In this document: one piece after another, positions 46,866-56,543 of the stretch
Layout of the letters: every line of letters begins with the position of its first letter
Numbering within the stretch: position 1 is the first letter of the stretch
Source of the DNA: Cyclobacteriaceae bacterium
GTDB taxonomy: Bacteria; Bacteroidota; Bacteroidia; Cytophagales; Cyclobacteriaceae
DNA: 64,000 bases
Reading direction: 5' to 3'
NCBI GenBank assembly: GCA_043776715.1
Contig: JAYVQY010000085.1
Coordinates: 639-64,638 of the forward strand
Notes under the pieces: generated by a model
Databases searched by the model: none
Told to the model about the DNA's origin: nothing
The model's input: only the letters and a program-made list of their open reading frames with translations
Position numbers and translations under genes: made by a program

Positions 46866-47981
46866 TTATTTGCAGCTTTTCTTGATGATGCCTTTGGCTT
46901 CTGTAGAACCTAACTCCTCCGCCCTTTTTAAGTCGAGACACCCATCATAATTATTGTTCATCAGTAATTTCACCAATCCACGCTGCAAGTAGGTTTCAGG
47001 ATCGTTAGGATAGAGGTTGGCTGAGTATCCGTAGTCTTCCACAGCTCCCGCATAATCCTCTTTTTCGGTTTTGCTGAGTGCACGGTTGTCGAAGTAAGTA
47101 GGGTTGGCGTCATCCAAAGCAATCGCTTTGCCATAATCGCCAATGGCACCTTCATAGTCCTGCAACGTATGTTTCAGGACTCCCCGAAGGTTGAACGTCT
47201 CGGGATCTTCGCTGTCGAGCTCAATAGACTTATTATAGTCCTCCAATGCAGCTTTGAAATCTTCTTTTGTGCTTTTGGCCAATGCACGGTTTTCATATTT
47301 CAATGGATCTTTTGGATCGAGTTTGATGGCCTGGTCGTAATCGATAATGGCCTTATCAAAATTTCCAGTCTGATAAAAGGCAACACCACGGTGGTTATAA
47401 AGACTTGGATCATTTTTATCAAGCTCCAACGCTTTTGAGTAATCGTCAATGGCACTTACAAATTCGCCCAGTTCTGCTTTAACTACGCCCCGATTAAAGT
47501 AGCGGTCAGCATCACCAGGTCCCAGTTCCAGGGCTTTTGAAAAATCGAAGTAAGCCCCCTGTAGGTCTTCGAGGTTGTATTTTGCAAAGCCGCGGTTGGT
47601 GTAAGCGTCCGTAAATTTTGGATTGAACCGGATTGCTTTGTCCAGATCGTTGAGTGCACTTTCATCGTCTCCCAAATTTGTTTTCGCCGCTCCTCTGTGA
47701 TTGAGCGCTTCTGCAAATGTTGAATCAATTTCCAGTGCGACGGTATAATCGCTTACTGCCCCATAAAAATCTTCAATTGCCGCCCGGGCTTGTCCGCGCA
47801 GGTCAAGGGCGGTTTTATTCTTAGGATTGATGTCCAGAGCCTTTGTCAGATCAGTTTTGGCTCCGAGATAATCTTTAGCAGCAATTTTTTTTCTGGCCCC
47901 CTCAATTAAGGCATCTGGCGTCTGGGAAAATGTCTCGATTATCAAGAAGAAGAATAGGAACAGCAGTGAAATTCTTTTCAT
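46866..47981 (-). CDS. tetratricopeptide repeat protein
   Basis: 371 aa: a signal peptide followed by about nine consecutive 34-aa TPR units (A..D..KA..L.P....Y..RG pattern). Confidence 0.9.
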   Translation of the reverse strand: MKRISLLFLFFFLIIETFSQTPDALIEGARKKIAAKDYLGAKTDLTKALDINPKNKTALDLRGQARAAIEDFYGAVSDYTVALEIDSTFAEALNHRGAAKTNLGDDESALNDLDKAIRFNPKFTDAYTNRGFAKYNLEDLQGAYFDFSKALELGPGDADRYFNRGVVKAELGEFVSAIDDYSKALELDKNDPSLYNHRGVAFYQTGNFDKAIIDYDQAIKLDPKDPLKYENRALAKSTKEDFKAALEDYNKSIELDSEDPETFNLRGVLKHTLQDYEGAIGDYGKAIALDDANPTYFDNRALSKTEKEDYAGAVEDYGYSANLYPNDPETYLQRGLVKLLMNNNYDGCLDLKRAEELGSTEAKGIIKKSCK

Positions 47982-48026
47982 GGACGGGTAAATAGATGAG
48001 CAATTTAGAAAAGAATTTTTATGTCA

Positions 48027-48227
48027 TGGTACCCCTCCGGATCAGGTACCTCAATGTCTTCGCAGGGATGTCTTCTCTGTCCCGTCTCGGGTACCGCGAC
48101 CTTCGTACCACAAATGAAATGTAAAGGCCATCACCGATAAACGACTTGGAAGCGGAGGGACGCTTAAAGGCTAAATTGCGCTTGTAGGTCACGGTATTTT
48201 TGCTGCGACATCAAAAAACCGCGAAGA
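48027..48227 (+). repeat. structured intergenic repeat, copy B (homologous to 18903..19075)
   Basis: Same orientation and block order as copy A. Hairpins lie at about 48079..48094 and 48189..48224. It carries an extra internal direct duplication of atgtcttc (48065..48078 region). Confidence 0.6.
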
Positions 48228-48312
48228 AGACCACTCCCTGCGAGCCGTTTGAATAAAATCCACAAACATCATTCAAATGATTTGCGTTTCTTTCGTGAAA
48301 AGAAACTCTCTT

Positions 48313-49416
48313 ATGAAAAAGGCTTTTTCGATACTCTTTATCCTGTACGTCATCACCACTATGGCCCAGGAGAAGCCGCTGGACATGAAGATGGAGTTTG
48401 AGGATTATGATCCTCCCTCCTCCCTTGTGGTGGAGGAGCACCGATTGACGAGATCCAAGTTTCCTTTCATTGACATTCACAATCATCAGGGAAACATGAA
48501 CAGCTCCGATTTCAAAGACTTGATTTCAAAGATGGATGCTTTGAACATGGGTGTGATGGTGAATCTCAGTGGCCGTGGCTTTCGCAGCAGCGGTGACCAC
48601 CTTGAGAAATCCATGGAGAATATAAAGAATCGCTACCCCAACAGATTTATACTTTTCACGAACATAGATTTTGCGGATATCGACAATCCTGAATGGTCTG
48701 CGCGAACTAACAAGCAATTAGAAGATGATGTCAAGCGGGGGGCTAAGGGATTGAAGATATACAAGAGCCTGGGTATGTTCAGCAAGGATAAGTCTGGAAA
48801 AGTAATTGCGATCGACGATCCTCGCATAGATCCTGTTTGGGCAAAGTGTGGTGCGCTCGGCATTCCGGTGCTGATCCATACAGCTGATCCGAAACAATTC
48901 TGGCAACCCATCGATAAAGACAATGAACGTTGGCTTGAATTGAAAACTCATCCGGGTCGTCGACATGATACGGATACTGTCAAATGGGAGACCGTCATCG
49001 AAGAGCAGCACAATATCTTCCGGAAGCATCCTAAGACTAAATTCATCAATGCTCATTTGGGTTGGTATGCAAGTGATTTGAAGAAACTTGGAGGGCTTTT
49101 AGACCAATTTCCAAATATGTATACAGAGATTGGGGCGGTGATTGCTGAGCTCGGACGTCAGCCCAGGGCGGCAAAAGCGTTCCTCACAAAATACCAGGAT
49201 CGTGTTCTCTTTGGAAAAGATAGCTGGGTGCCAGAAGAATATGAAACCTACTTTCGTGTGCTTGAGACGGAAGATGAATATTTTCCATATCACAAGCGCT
49301 ACCACGCGTTTTGGCGAATGTATGGCATTGGCCTGCCGGACGATATCCTGAAAAAGATTTATTACAAGAATGCGATGAAGCTGATGCCGGGACTGGATGA
49401 AAAGTTGTTCAAATAA
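48313..49416 (+). CDS. amidohydrolase-family metal-dependent hydrolase (TIM barrel)
   Basis: The ATG at 48313 gives the signal-like N-terminus MKKAFSILFILYVITTMAQ. An HxH motif (IDIHNHQ) and later His and Asp positions are consistent with the amidohydrolase_2 type. Confidence 0.8.
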   Translation: MKKAFSILFILYVITTMAQEKPLDMKMEFEDYDPPSSLVVEEHRLTRSKFPFIDIHNHQGNMNSSDFKDLISKMDALNMGVMVNLSGRGFRSSGDHLEKSMENIKNRYPNRFILFTNIDFADIDNPEWSARTNKQLEDDVKRGAKGLKIYKSLGMFSKDKSGKVIAIDDPRIDPVWAKCGALGIPVLIHTADPKQFWQPIDKDNERWLELKTHPGRRHDTDTVKWETVIEEQHNIFRKHPKTKFINAHLGWYASDLKKLGGLLDQFPNMYTEIGAVIAELGRQPRAAKAFLTKYQDRVLFGKDSWVPEEYETYFRVLETEDEYFPYHKRYHAFWRMYGIGLPDDILKKIYYKNAMKLMPGLDEKLFK

Positions 49417-49461
49417 ATAGATAATGCACGGCGATCGGGGGCAACACCAACCGCTGGTTAT

Positions 49462-50067
49462 TCATCGATCCACCATCCAACCGGTAAGACTCAGTCGTTC
49501 TCTAGTGGCAGGCAGCACCTCATGTTCAATCTGGTCACTGCGAAAACAAACCAATCTGCCGGAGTAGGGCAAGACATCTATTATATCATCTCCAGCGTAG
49601 ATCCGCAATTGACCTCCATGCGATTTTTCCCAATCCGAATTCAAATAACAAATGACAGACAATTTCCTGTGATCGTCAGACTTAAACTGGTCGAGATGAC
49701 GTTTATAAAAAGTTCCAACAGGATAGATGGTCAGGTGCACCTCAGCCCCTTTTAAACTAAGGAACAGACTTTGATTAGCATAAAGAATTAGTTCTCTAAG
49801 ACGGTTTAAGTATAGTGCAACGGCAGGTGAAGCAACAGAAGGATCAATCCATTGAATATAATCTCCGCGAATGGCTTCGTTTATTTGTTTGTCATGTTGT
49901 TTTCCTATTCCAGCTTTTTTAAAATGTAACTTGGGGCTCTTGAATTCGTCTGTTTGTAAGATATTGGTAACCTCTCCCGGGGTCAAGAAATGATCAACAA
50001 TGGCATATCCCTTTTCGGCAAGGCCATTGGCGATTTGTTCAAGTTGGATCTGGAATAGGGGGGGCAT
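49462..50067 (-). CDS. 2OG-Fe(II) oxygenase (prolyl 4-hydroxylase-like)
   Basis: 201 aa with an HxD motif (KRHLDQF) and a distal His (IEHEVLP). Confidence 0.8.
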   Translation of the reverse strand: MPPLFQIQLEQIANGLAEKGYAIVDHFLTPGEVTNILQTDEFKSPKLHFKKAGIGKQHDKQINEAIRGDYIQWIDPSVASPAVALYLNRLRELILYANQSLFLSLKGAEVHLTIYPVGTFYKRHLDQFKSDDHRKLSVICYLNSDWEKSHGGQLRIYAGDDIIDVLPYSGRLVCFRSDQIEHEVLPATRERLSLTGWMVDR

Positions 50068-50129
50068 GGTACCCTAAAATTAGGGAGATTGGATTGAATG
50101 ATTGGAGTTATAATTGAAAATTGATTCAT

Positions 50130-50564
50130 ATGAGGTTTTATTGTTTTATAATTTGTGTCGTGCTGATGGGCAGTTGTGTGCCAAAAGAACAGGTGGTGTT
50201 GAGATCCATCAACATCAAAGAGGTCAAGCCGGGAAAAGATGGTCCAGTACTTTTTGCCGATGCTCTTTTTTTTAATCCCAGTTCTGCCCGGATGCGGTTG
50301 AAAAGCATTGATATCGACGTGATGGTGAATGATAAGAAGGCAGCGCGTGTGGATCAACAGTTAAGCTCATTGATCAAGGCGAAATCAGAATTCATTGTGC
50401 CCCTGGAGGTTCAACTCAATTTGAAAGAAGGGTTGCTGGATACGATACTTAGCTTATTTGGGGGAAAAACTTATGAAGTCCTTTTTGTGGGAAGTATGAA
50501 AGTTAGAGTCAATGGGATTCCTGTCAAAGTACCCCTGAATTATAAGGAGCAGATCAAATTGTAG
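50130..50564 (+). CDS. LEA type-2 / NDR1-HIN1-like lipoprotein
   Basis: The ATG at 50130 gives [17 protein letters not shown], a lipobox. The beta-sandwich-like sequence resembles LEA_2 proteins; this is recognition from memory. Confidence 0.55.
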   Translation: MRFYCFIICVVLMGSCVPKEQVVLRSINIKEVKPGKDGPVLFADALFFNPSSARMRLKSIDIDVMVNDKKAARVDQQLSSLIKAKSEFIVPLEVQLNLKEGLLDTILSLFGGKTYEVLFVGSMKVRVNGIPVKVPLNYKEQIKL

Positions 50565-51321
50565 CTGAGATGTCTGGCTGCACTGGTTCCTCTCTTTTCT
50601 TTTTTAATTGGAAATTTTGGCCGAGATAAACTTTCCGAACTAACGGATCGTTGGCAAGGTCTTCTGCAGATCCTTGCTTAAATAGTTTTCCTTCTACCAT
50701 TAAGTAAGCTCGATCAGTAATGGTAAGTGTTTCATCCACATTATGGTCGGTAATGAGAATGCCAATATTTTTCTTTTTCAATCGTGATACAATAGATTGA
50801 ATTTCCTCCACAGCAATGGGATCGACCCCGGCGAATGGTTCATCCAATAAAACAAAATGCGGATCCACGGCAAGCGCCCGGGCAATTTCCGTGCGTCGGC
50901 GCTCACCACCCGAAAGTACCATACCAAGGCTCTTACGCACATGGGAGAGGCTGAACTCTTCCAACAGGCTTTCAACTTTTTCTCTCCTTGCCTGCTTGGT
51001 CATATCCCTCATTTCAAGAGGTGCAAGAATATTTTCTTCCACGGTCAGGCTTCGGAAGATGGATGCTTCCTGGGCGAGATAGCCGATGCCGAGTTTGGCT
51101 CTCTTGTACATCGGAAGTGAAGTGATATTCTGATCATCAAGAAAAATTTCGCCACCGTTTGGCTTGATTAGTCCCACAATCATGTAAAAGCTGGTCGTTT
51201 TGCCTGCGCCATTAGGACCCAGCAGACCAACAATTTCGCCTTGCTCTACGTGTACCGACACGTTGTTTACAACGGTTCTTTTTTTATATTTCTTCAGCAG
51301 ATTTTCAGCTCTTAATATCAT
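50554..51321 (-). CDS. lptB: LPS export ABC transporter ATP-binding protein LptB
   Basis: 255 aa with Walker A (GPNGAGKTT), ABC signature (LSGGERRR), Walker B (LLDEPFAG) and the LptB-specific C-terminal tail. Confidence 0.92.
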   Translation of the reverse strand: MILRAENLLKKYKKRTVVNNVSVHVEQGEIVGLLGPNGAGKTTSFYMIVGLIKPNGGEIFLDDQNITSLPMYKRAKLGIGYLAQEASIFRSLTVEENILAPLEMRDMTKQARREKVESLLEEFSLSHVRKSLGMVLSGGERRRTEIARALAVDPHFVLLDEPFAGVDPIAVEEIQSIVSRLKKKNIGILITDHNVDETLTITDRAYLMVEGKLFKQGSAEDLANDPLVRKVYLGQNFQLKKKREEPVQPDISATI

Positions 51322-51324
51322 TGT

Positions 51325-53025
51325 CTACGCGAATTTTAAATCTTTGATCCGAAGTTGCACACTTGTATTCCCGTTGTAGGAACTTTCCTCAATGGTATAA
51401 GCCATGTTGAAATGTGCTCCCCCCATCAATCGATCATAATGCTCAATTTGGTCGAATCCGACAACATTAAAAAACGCATCGTGATCTTTTTGCCCCGCGA
51501 GAAAGCGCAAATGACGGTCTTTGAAAGAGGAAAGGGAATTCATTACATAAACATTCTTGGTTTCAAATACCGGTCGTTGGTTATCGGGCCCAAAGGGAGC
51601 CATTTGTTTGAGGATGGAAATAAATTTGGTGGTAATGATATCGAAATGAATGGATAAATCAATTTCTATCGAAGGCGTGAGCATTTCATTGGTAATGGTC
51701 GTGGCTACAACTTCCTCGAAACGTTGTTGAAAAGCAGCGAGGTTAAGCGGGTCCATCGTAAGCCCCGCTGCGTATTTGTGACCACCGAATTTCTCCAACA
51801 AGTCACCGCAGCTTTCAATGGCCTGATAGAGGTCAAACCCGTTCACACTACGGGCGGAGCCGGTAATTTTATCATTGCTTTCGGTGAGGATCACAGTAGG
51901 TCGGTAATAGTGTTCAATACACCGAGCAGCAACTATGCCAATGACTCCTTTATGCCAGGAATTTTTAAATAACACGGTAGTCTTGGCTTTTTGGAGGGTT
52001 TCATTCGAGGCGATCATGGCAAGAGCTTCTTCTGTAATGCTGGCGTCGAACTCCCTGCGCAACTCATTCTTGACGTTAATTTTTTCAGCGCAAGCATTAG
52101 CTTCTTCCTCGGTCTGCGCGATTAATAGCTCCACGGCCCCTTTTGCATGGGCCACTCGTCCAGCGGCATTGATGCGCGGGCCTAGTGTAAAGACGACTCC
52201 TGAAATATCAAGTTCATTTTTGATGCCTGCAATTTTTTTTAATGCTTTTAATCCCGGCCTGGGGGAGTCGTTCAATTTCTTTAAACCGAAATACGAGAGT
52301 ATCCGGTTTTCTCCATTAATCGGAACAATATCAGAGGCGATGCTCACAACCACCAAATCGAGATAGTCAAAGAGGACTTCTTCATTCGCATGGTTTCTGG
52401 CAAATGCCTGCAACAGTTTGAAACCAATGCCACAACCACTGAGTTCTTTGAAAGGATAATTGCAGTCCGCTTGTTTGGGGTCCAACACTGCAATAGCCTG
52501 AGGAATCTTTTGGTCGGGTAAATGGTGATCGCAGATTATGAAGTCAATGCCTTTGTGATTGGCAAGCAGGACCATATCCGCTGCCTTGATCCCCAGATCC
52601 AGCGCGATGATTAGTGAAAAATTATTTTTCTCTGCCCAAACGATTCCTGCTTTTGAAATGCCATACCCTTCAGCATAACGATCAGGGATATAGAAATCGC
52701 AATGAGGATAAAAACTTTTCAGGAAACTATACACGAGAGACACTGAAGTGGTGCCATCCACATCGTAGTCACCATAGACCAGAATTTTTTCCCCACGGTC
52801 AATGGCGCTCTTCAAACGCTCCACAGCGACTGCCATGTCCTTCATCAGGAATGGATCATGTAAATCCTCCAAAGAGGGACGAAAGAATTTCCTGGCCTCT
52901 TCAAAAGTATTTATTCCCCTTTGTATTAGTATGGCAGAAAGATGCTGGTTGATATTAATGCTTTTGCTAAGCGCATCGATCTGCAGTTGGTCAGGAATTG
53001 TTTTATTAAGCCAACGTTTATTCAT
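51325..53025 (-). CDS. recJ: single-stranded-DNA-specific exonuclease RecJ
   Basis: 566 aa with DHH-family motifs (GDYDVDGTTS, ICDHHLP) and a DHHA1 block (GGHKYAAG). Confidence 0.95.
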   Translation of the reverse strand: MNKRWLNKTIPDQLQIDALSKSININQHLSAILIQRGINTFEEARKFFRPSLEDLHDPFLMKDMAVAVERLKSAIDRGEKILVYGDYDVDGTTSVSLVYSFLKSFYPHCDFYIPDRYAEGYGISKAGIVWAEKNNFSLIIALDLGIKAADMVLLANHKGIDFIICDHHLPDQKIPQAIAVLDPKQADCNYPFKELSGCGIGFKLLQAFARNHANEEVLFDYLDLVVVSIASDIVPINGENRILSYFGLKKLNDSPRPGLKALKKIAGIKNELDISGVVFTLGPRINAAGRVAHAKGAVELLIAQTEEEANACAEKINVKNELRREFDASITEEALAMIASNETLQKAKTTVLFKNSWHKGVIGIVAARCIEHYYRPTVILTESNDKITGSARSVNGFDLYQAIESCGDLLEKFGGHKYAAGLTMDPLNLAAFQQRFEEVVATTITNEMLTPSIEIDLSIHFDIITTKFISILKQMAPFGPDNQRPVFETKNVYVMNSLSSFKDRHLRFLAGQKDHDAFFNVVGFDQIEHYDRLMGGAHFNMAYTIEESSYNGNTSVQLRIKDLKFA

Positions 53026-53026
53026 C

Positions 53027-53818
53027 TTACTTGTCCTGGAAATTTATTGCTCCGGGTTTCCCAGGTAGGCCATCTTTTCCTTTCAAACCTTTGCGCCCCC
53101 TCTTGCCATCCATTTTACTATCGCCGACAGGACTTAATCCCGAAAACCCTGCATTACCTCCGTCACCGCCCAACCCCTGATTACCACCATAGTTTCTGAT
53201 GATGATCTGACTGCCAAGCATCGATCTCAGTTCGGGAATACGGACCGCATTGAAAGTTACAGCCCCTCCATTACCACCATTGCCACCATTGGCACCTTTA
53301 CCACCCGACCCACCATCACCACCCTTGCATGGTCTTGTGCCTTGACCTCCTCCTCCACCAGCGCCACCTTTACCACCATCCCCAGCATCCCCCCCGGAAA
53401 CATCAATGATAAGAGGTCCCTTGAACTGGACGTCAGAAAAATAGAGAGAGAGATTTGTACCCATGCCCCCACTGGTACCTTCTGTTCCAGTCAATCCTAT
53501 AGTTCCATCAGTGCACGGGGTGGAAGGGGAGGTTCCATTGCGACCACTTCGCCCCTTTATTCCATGGACGCCCCTGCCTTCAATCAAACTACCACGGTGG
53601 AACAAGGCGACTTTAGCATGAATGAAATTATCAGACTTGAGCTTATTGAGAATTATTTTAGAAGAGTCCATCATGATCAGAGTGTCGACCACCAGGATAT
53701 CAGATTCCTTCATCTCATAAACCTCTTTTGACTTGATCTTGAGTTTGGACAACCGTGTTTGTCCCGACACCGCTAAGGAAAACAATAAAAACAGAATGAC
53801 AGTACTGACTTGAATCAT
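53027..53818 (-). CDS. secreted glycine-rich protein with short collagen-like (G-X-Y)n blocks
   Basis: 263 aa with signal peptide MIQVSTVILFLLFSLAVSGQ. Six Gly-triplet runs (for example GIKGRSGRNGTS, GDAGDGGKGGAGGGGGQG, GKRGRKGLKGKDGLPGKPG) alternate with beta-strand-like spacers. Its stop is 1 nt from the recJ ATG. Confidence 0.6.
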   Translation of the reverse strand: MIQVSTVILFLLFSLAVSGQTRLSKLKIKSKEVYEMKESDILVVDTLIMMDSSKIILNKLKSDNFIHAKVALFHRGSLIEGRGVHGIKGRSGRNGTSPSTPCTDGTIGLTGTEGTSGGMGTNLSLYFSDVQFKGPLIIDVSGGDAGDGGKGGAGGGGGQGTRPCKGGDGGSGGKGANGGNGGNGGAVTFNAVRIPELRSMLGSQIIIRNYGGNQGLGGDGGNAGFSGLSPVGDSKMDGKRGRKGLKGKDGLPGKPGAINFQDK

Positions 53819-53933
53819 CTGGCAAAATTAAGCAACCCGTCTGACTACGTTATTGATCAATCTCTGGCGGCAACTTCGAATATAGAAAAAGCAGTGCTGA
53901 ATGGCACTGCTTTCAAATGTCCTGTTTATGTGA

Positions 53934-54599
53934 TTACTTTTTCGGGGCTGCCCTCTCTTTCTTCACTTCCCCATTCTTGTCTAAAGTAACATCTGCCATC
54001 ACATCTTTGATATCCACACGCTGACTGTCTTTATAAGGAACGATCCATGCATCTTTGACACCCATATCGCGCATATATTTTTTAAATGTGTCGGCCTCCC
54101 AGTAATCGCGGAAAATACCAATTGTAATTCGTTGAGGATCGGTAGCATCTTTACCGCTAGCCTCCCCGCTAAAGTTCGGATTGTTGTCAAAATACTTTGA
54201 AAGATCTTTGTTCTTGAAGGCACCGACCTGAACTTTGAAAACTACCCCCTTTGAAAAATCCATCGGGTTAACAGGAGGGGCCGCCCTGAGTTGAGCGAGT
54301 TCTGTTTTTGCGGAAGTGAGTTCTCCCCGCATGCGCGAAATCTGGTCTTCCAACTCAGCGATTTTAGTATTCTTGTCGCTGATGCTGGATTGCAATTCTT
54401 TCATTTCACCCGTTAGCTTCGTCGCGGTGTTATCGGAGGTTTGCTTTGCCTCGGTGAATTGCTTCAGGTTAGCCGGGTTTTTAGCATATTCCTTTGCTTT
54501 CTTTTTCCATTCTTTTTTCTCAGCCTTGGAGAGCTGGGCGAAAACCTGCGAGCCGGAAAAAATTAGAGCCAGGCAGACAAAGAGTAGTCTAGTTTTCAT
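53934..54599 (-). CDS. coiled-coil protein with a C-terminal SPOR-like domain
   Basis: The internal ATG at 54599 gives the signal peptide MKTRLLFVCLALIFSGSQVFAQ. A central heptad-rich segment is followed by the SPOR-like block FKVQVGAFKNKD...ITIGIFRDYWEADTFKKYM. Confidence 0.6.
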   Translation of the reverse strand: MKTRLLFVCLALIFSGSQVFAQLSKAEKKEWKKKAKEYAKNPANLKQFTEAKQTSDNTATKLTGEMKELQSSISDKNTKIAELEDQISRMRGELTSAKTELAQLRAAPPVNPMDFSKGVVFKVQVGAFKNKDLSKYFDNNPNFSGEASGKDATDPQRITIGIFRDYWEADTFKKYMRDMGVKDAWIVPYKDSQRVDIKDVMADVTLDKNGEVKKERAAPKK

Positions 54600-54793
54600 T
54601 GTAAGGGGGTTATTTGTGTATAAAAGTACAAAAAACTTCAAAATTTGATACTCTGAGGTTTTCTGCAGATTTTCTGAGAACGGATCACCAAGATGGCGCA
54701 CATATTTTTTTTAGCTATTGAATTAAATCAGCAAGAATCAGGGGGTTAGGTATATATGTGAAAATCAGCAAAAAAAATGCATTTGGAGCTATC

Positions 54794-56179
54794 CTAAACC
54801 ATCTTTTCAGGCCGCACCCACTCATCAAACTGTTCTGAAGTAAGCAGCTTTAATTCAACCGCCGCTTCCCTGAGCGTCTTGTTTTCTTTATGGGCTTTCT
54901 TGGCAATTTTTGCCGCATTTTCATAACCAATGTGCGTGTTGAGGGCCGTGACCAGCATCAATGAATTTTCCATGTGCCTTTTGATGATGGGTAAGTTTGG
55001 TTCAATACCAAACGCACATTTTTCATTGAATGAAACGCATGCGTCACCGATAAGGCGCGCAGATTGGAGCACGTTAGCAGCAATCACCGGCTTGAAGACA
55101 TTCAATTCAAAGTGACCCATCGATCCTCCGACTGAAACAGCCACATCATTTCCTATCACCTGGGCACAGACCATCGTCAAAGCTTCAGGTTGTGTTGGGT
55201 TTACTTTCCCTGGCATAATAGAAGAGCCAGGTTCGTTGTCTGGGATGACGATTTCTCCAATGCCTGAGCGCGGTCCGGAACTCAGCATACGAATATCGTT
55301 TCCGATTTTCATGAACGAAACAGCGGATCTTTTCAATGCGCCTGATAACTCAACCATTGCATCATGTGCAGCCAGTGCTTCGAATTTATTGGGTGCCGTG
55401 ACAAATGGATAACCCGTGAGCTCGGCAATCTTCTTAGCTACCAATACATCGTAACCTTTGGGTGTGTTAAGGCCTGTGCCCACCGCTGTTCCTCCGAGTG
55501 CCAATTCGCGCACTGCTTCCAAAGCATTTTTAATGGTGCGCATGCTGTTGTCAATTTGCTGCACGTATCCGGAAAACTCCTGCCCCAAAGTGAGCGGTGT
55601 TGCATCCATAAAGTGCGTCCGCCCTGTCTTCACGATAGAAGCGAAATCTTTTACTTTTTGAGCGAGTGTGTCTCGCAACTTCTTCATCCCGGGCAAAGTG
55701 ATTTCGACAACTTCTTTATAGGCAGCGATGTGCATCGCAGTTGGAAAAGTATCGTTAGAAGATTGGGACTTATTAACATCATCATTGGGATGAAGCACTT
55801 TCTTCTCATCGGTGAGTTTGCCACCCTGAAGTACGTGCGCGCGATAAGCGATCACTTCATTGGCGTTCATGTTGCTTTGTGTGCCTGAACCCGTTTGCCA
55901 GATCACCAGGGGAAACTGATCGTCTAATTTCTTCTCCAGAATTTCATCACAAACTTTTGCGATCAAATCTTTTTTGTCTGCGGCGAGCACACCCAGCTCA
56001 TGGTTGGCCATTGCAGCGGCCTTCTTGAGATAGGCAAACGCATAGATAATTTCCATGGGCATGCTTGCCTCCGGGCCAATCTTGAAGTTGTTGCGAGACC
56101 GTTCGGTTTGAGCGCCCCAATATTTATCTGCGGGCACATTTACTTCGCCCATGGTGTCTTTTTCGATGCGGTAGTTCAT
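54794..56179 (-). CDS. fumC: class II fumarate hydratase
   Basis: 461 aa with the signature [11 protein letters not shown] and overall FumC sequence. Confidence 0.97.
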   Translation of the reverse strand: MNYRIEKDTMGEVNVPADKYWGAQTERSRNNFKIGPEASMPMEIIYAFAYLKKAAAMANHELGVLAADKKDLIAKVCDEILEKKLDDQFPLVIWQTGSGTQSNMNANEVIAYRAHVLQGGKLTDEKKVLHPNDDVNKSQSSNDTFPTAMHIAAYKEVVEITLPGMKKLRDTLAQKVKDFASIVKTGRTHFMDATPLTLGQEFSGYVQQIDNSMRTIKNALEAVRELALGGTAVGTGLNTPKGYDVLVAKKIAELTGYPFVTAPNKFEALAAHDAMVELSGALKRSAVSFMKIGNDIRMLSSGPRSGIGEIVIPDNEPGSSIMPGKVNPTQPEALTMVCAQVIGNDVAVSVGGSMGHFELNVFKPVIAANVLQSARLIGDACVSFNEKCAFGIEPNLPIIKRHMENSLMLVTALNTHIGYENAAKIAKKAHKENKTLREAAVELKLLTSEQFDEWVRPEKMV

Positions 56180-56543
56180 GTGGGGTAAGTTTAAAGTGGA
56201 AAGGATGAAGCCAAAAGCTTAAATGAAGAGATAAGTAGTAAAAATAGGAAAGGATCGGGAATTATTGTTGGAGCAGGATTTGCCTCCCACCACAAGGAGA
56301 TTGTGAGCCCGATATTGGAAGAAGGAGATCGAAGACAACCTCAATTCATGGTTATGGAAATTTCTCCCAGCAATTCGTACTGACTCCACAGAAGGCTTTT
56401 GTAACAGGTCAACACAAGCAGATGATTGATGATGACTGATAAAAAGAAATGATTCTGAAAAAGGTGACCTTCTTTTGCGTGTTGGCCTAGATCAACCGGA
56501 TGAAATCAGGAGGGATACCGTTTGCGCAGTGTAAGCCGTAGTT

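Noticed and set aside
49983-50357. 124-aa minus-strand ORF spanning the 2OG-oxygenase start and the LEA_2 gene.
   Set aside because: It overlaps two better-supported genes on both strands and has no motif or signal, so it is likely spurious.
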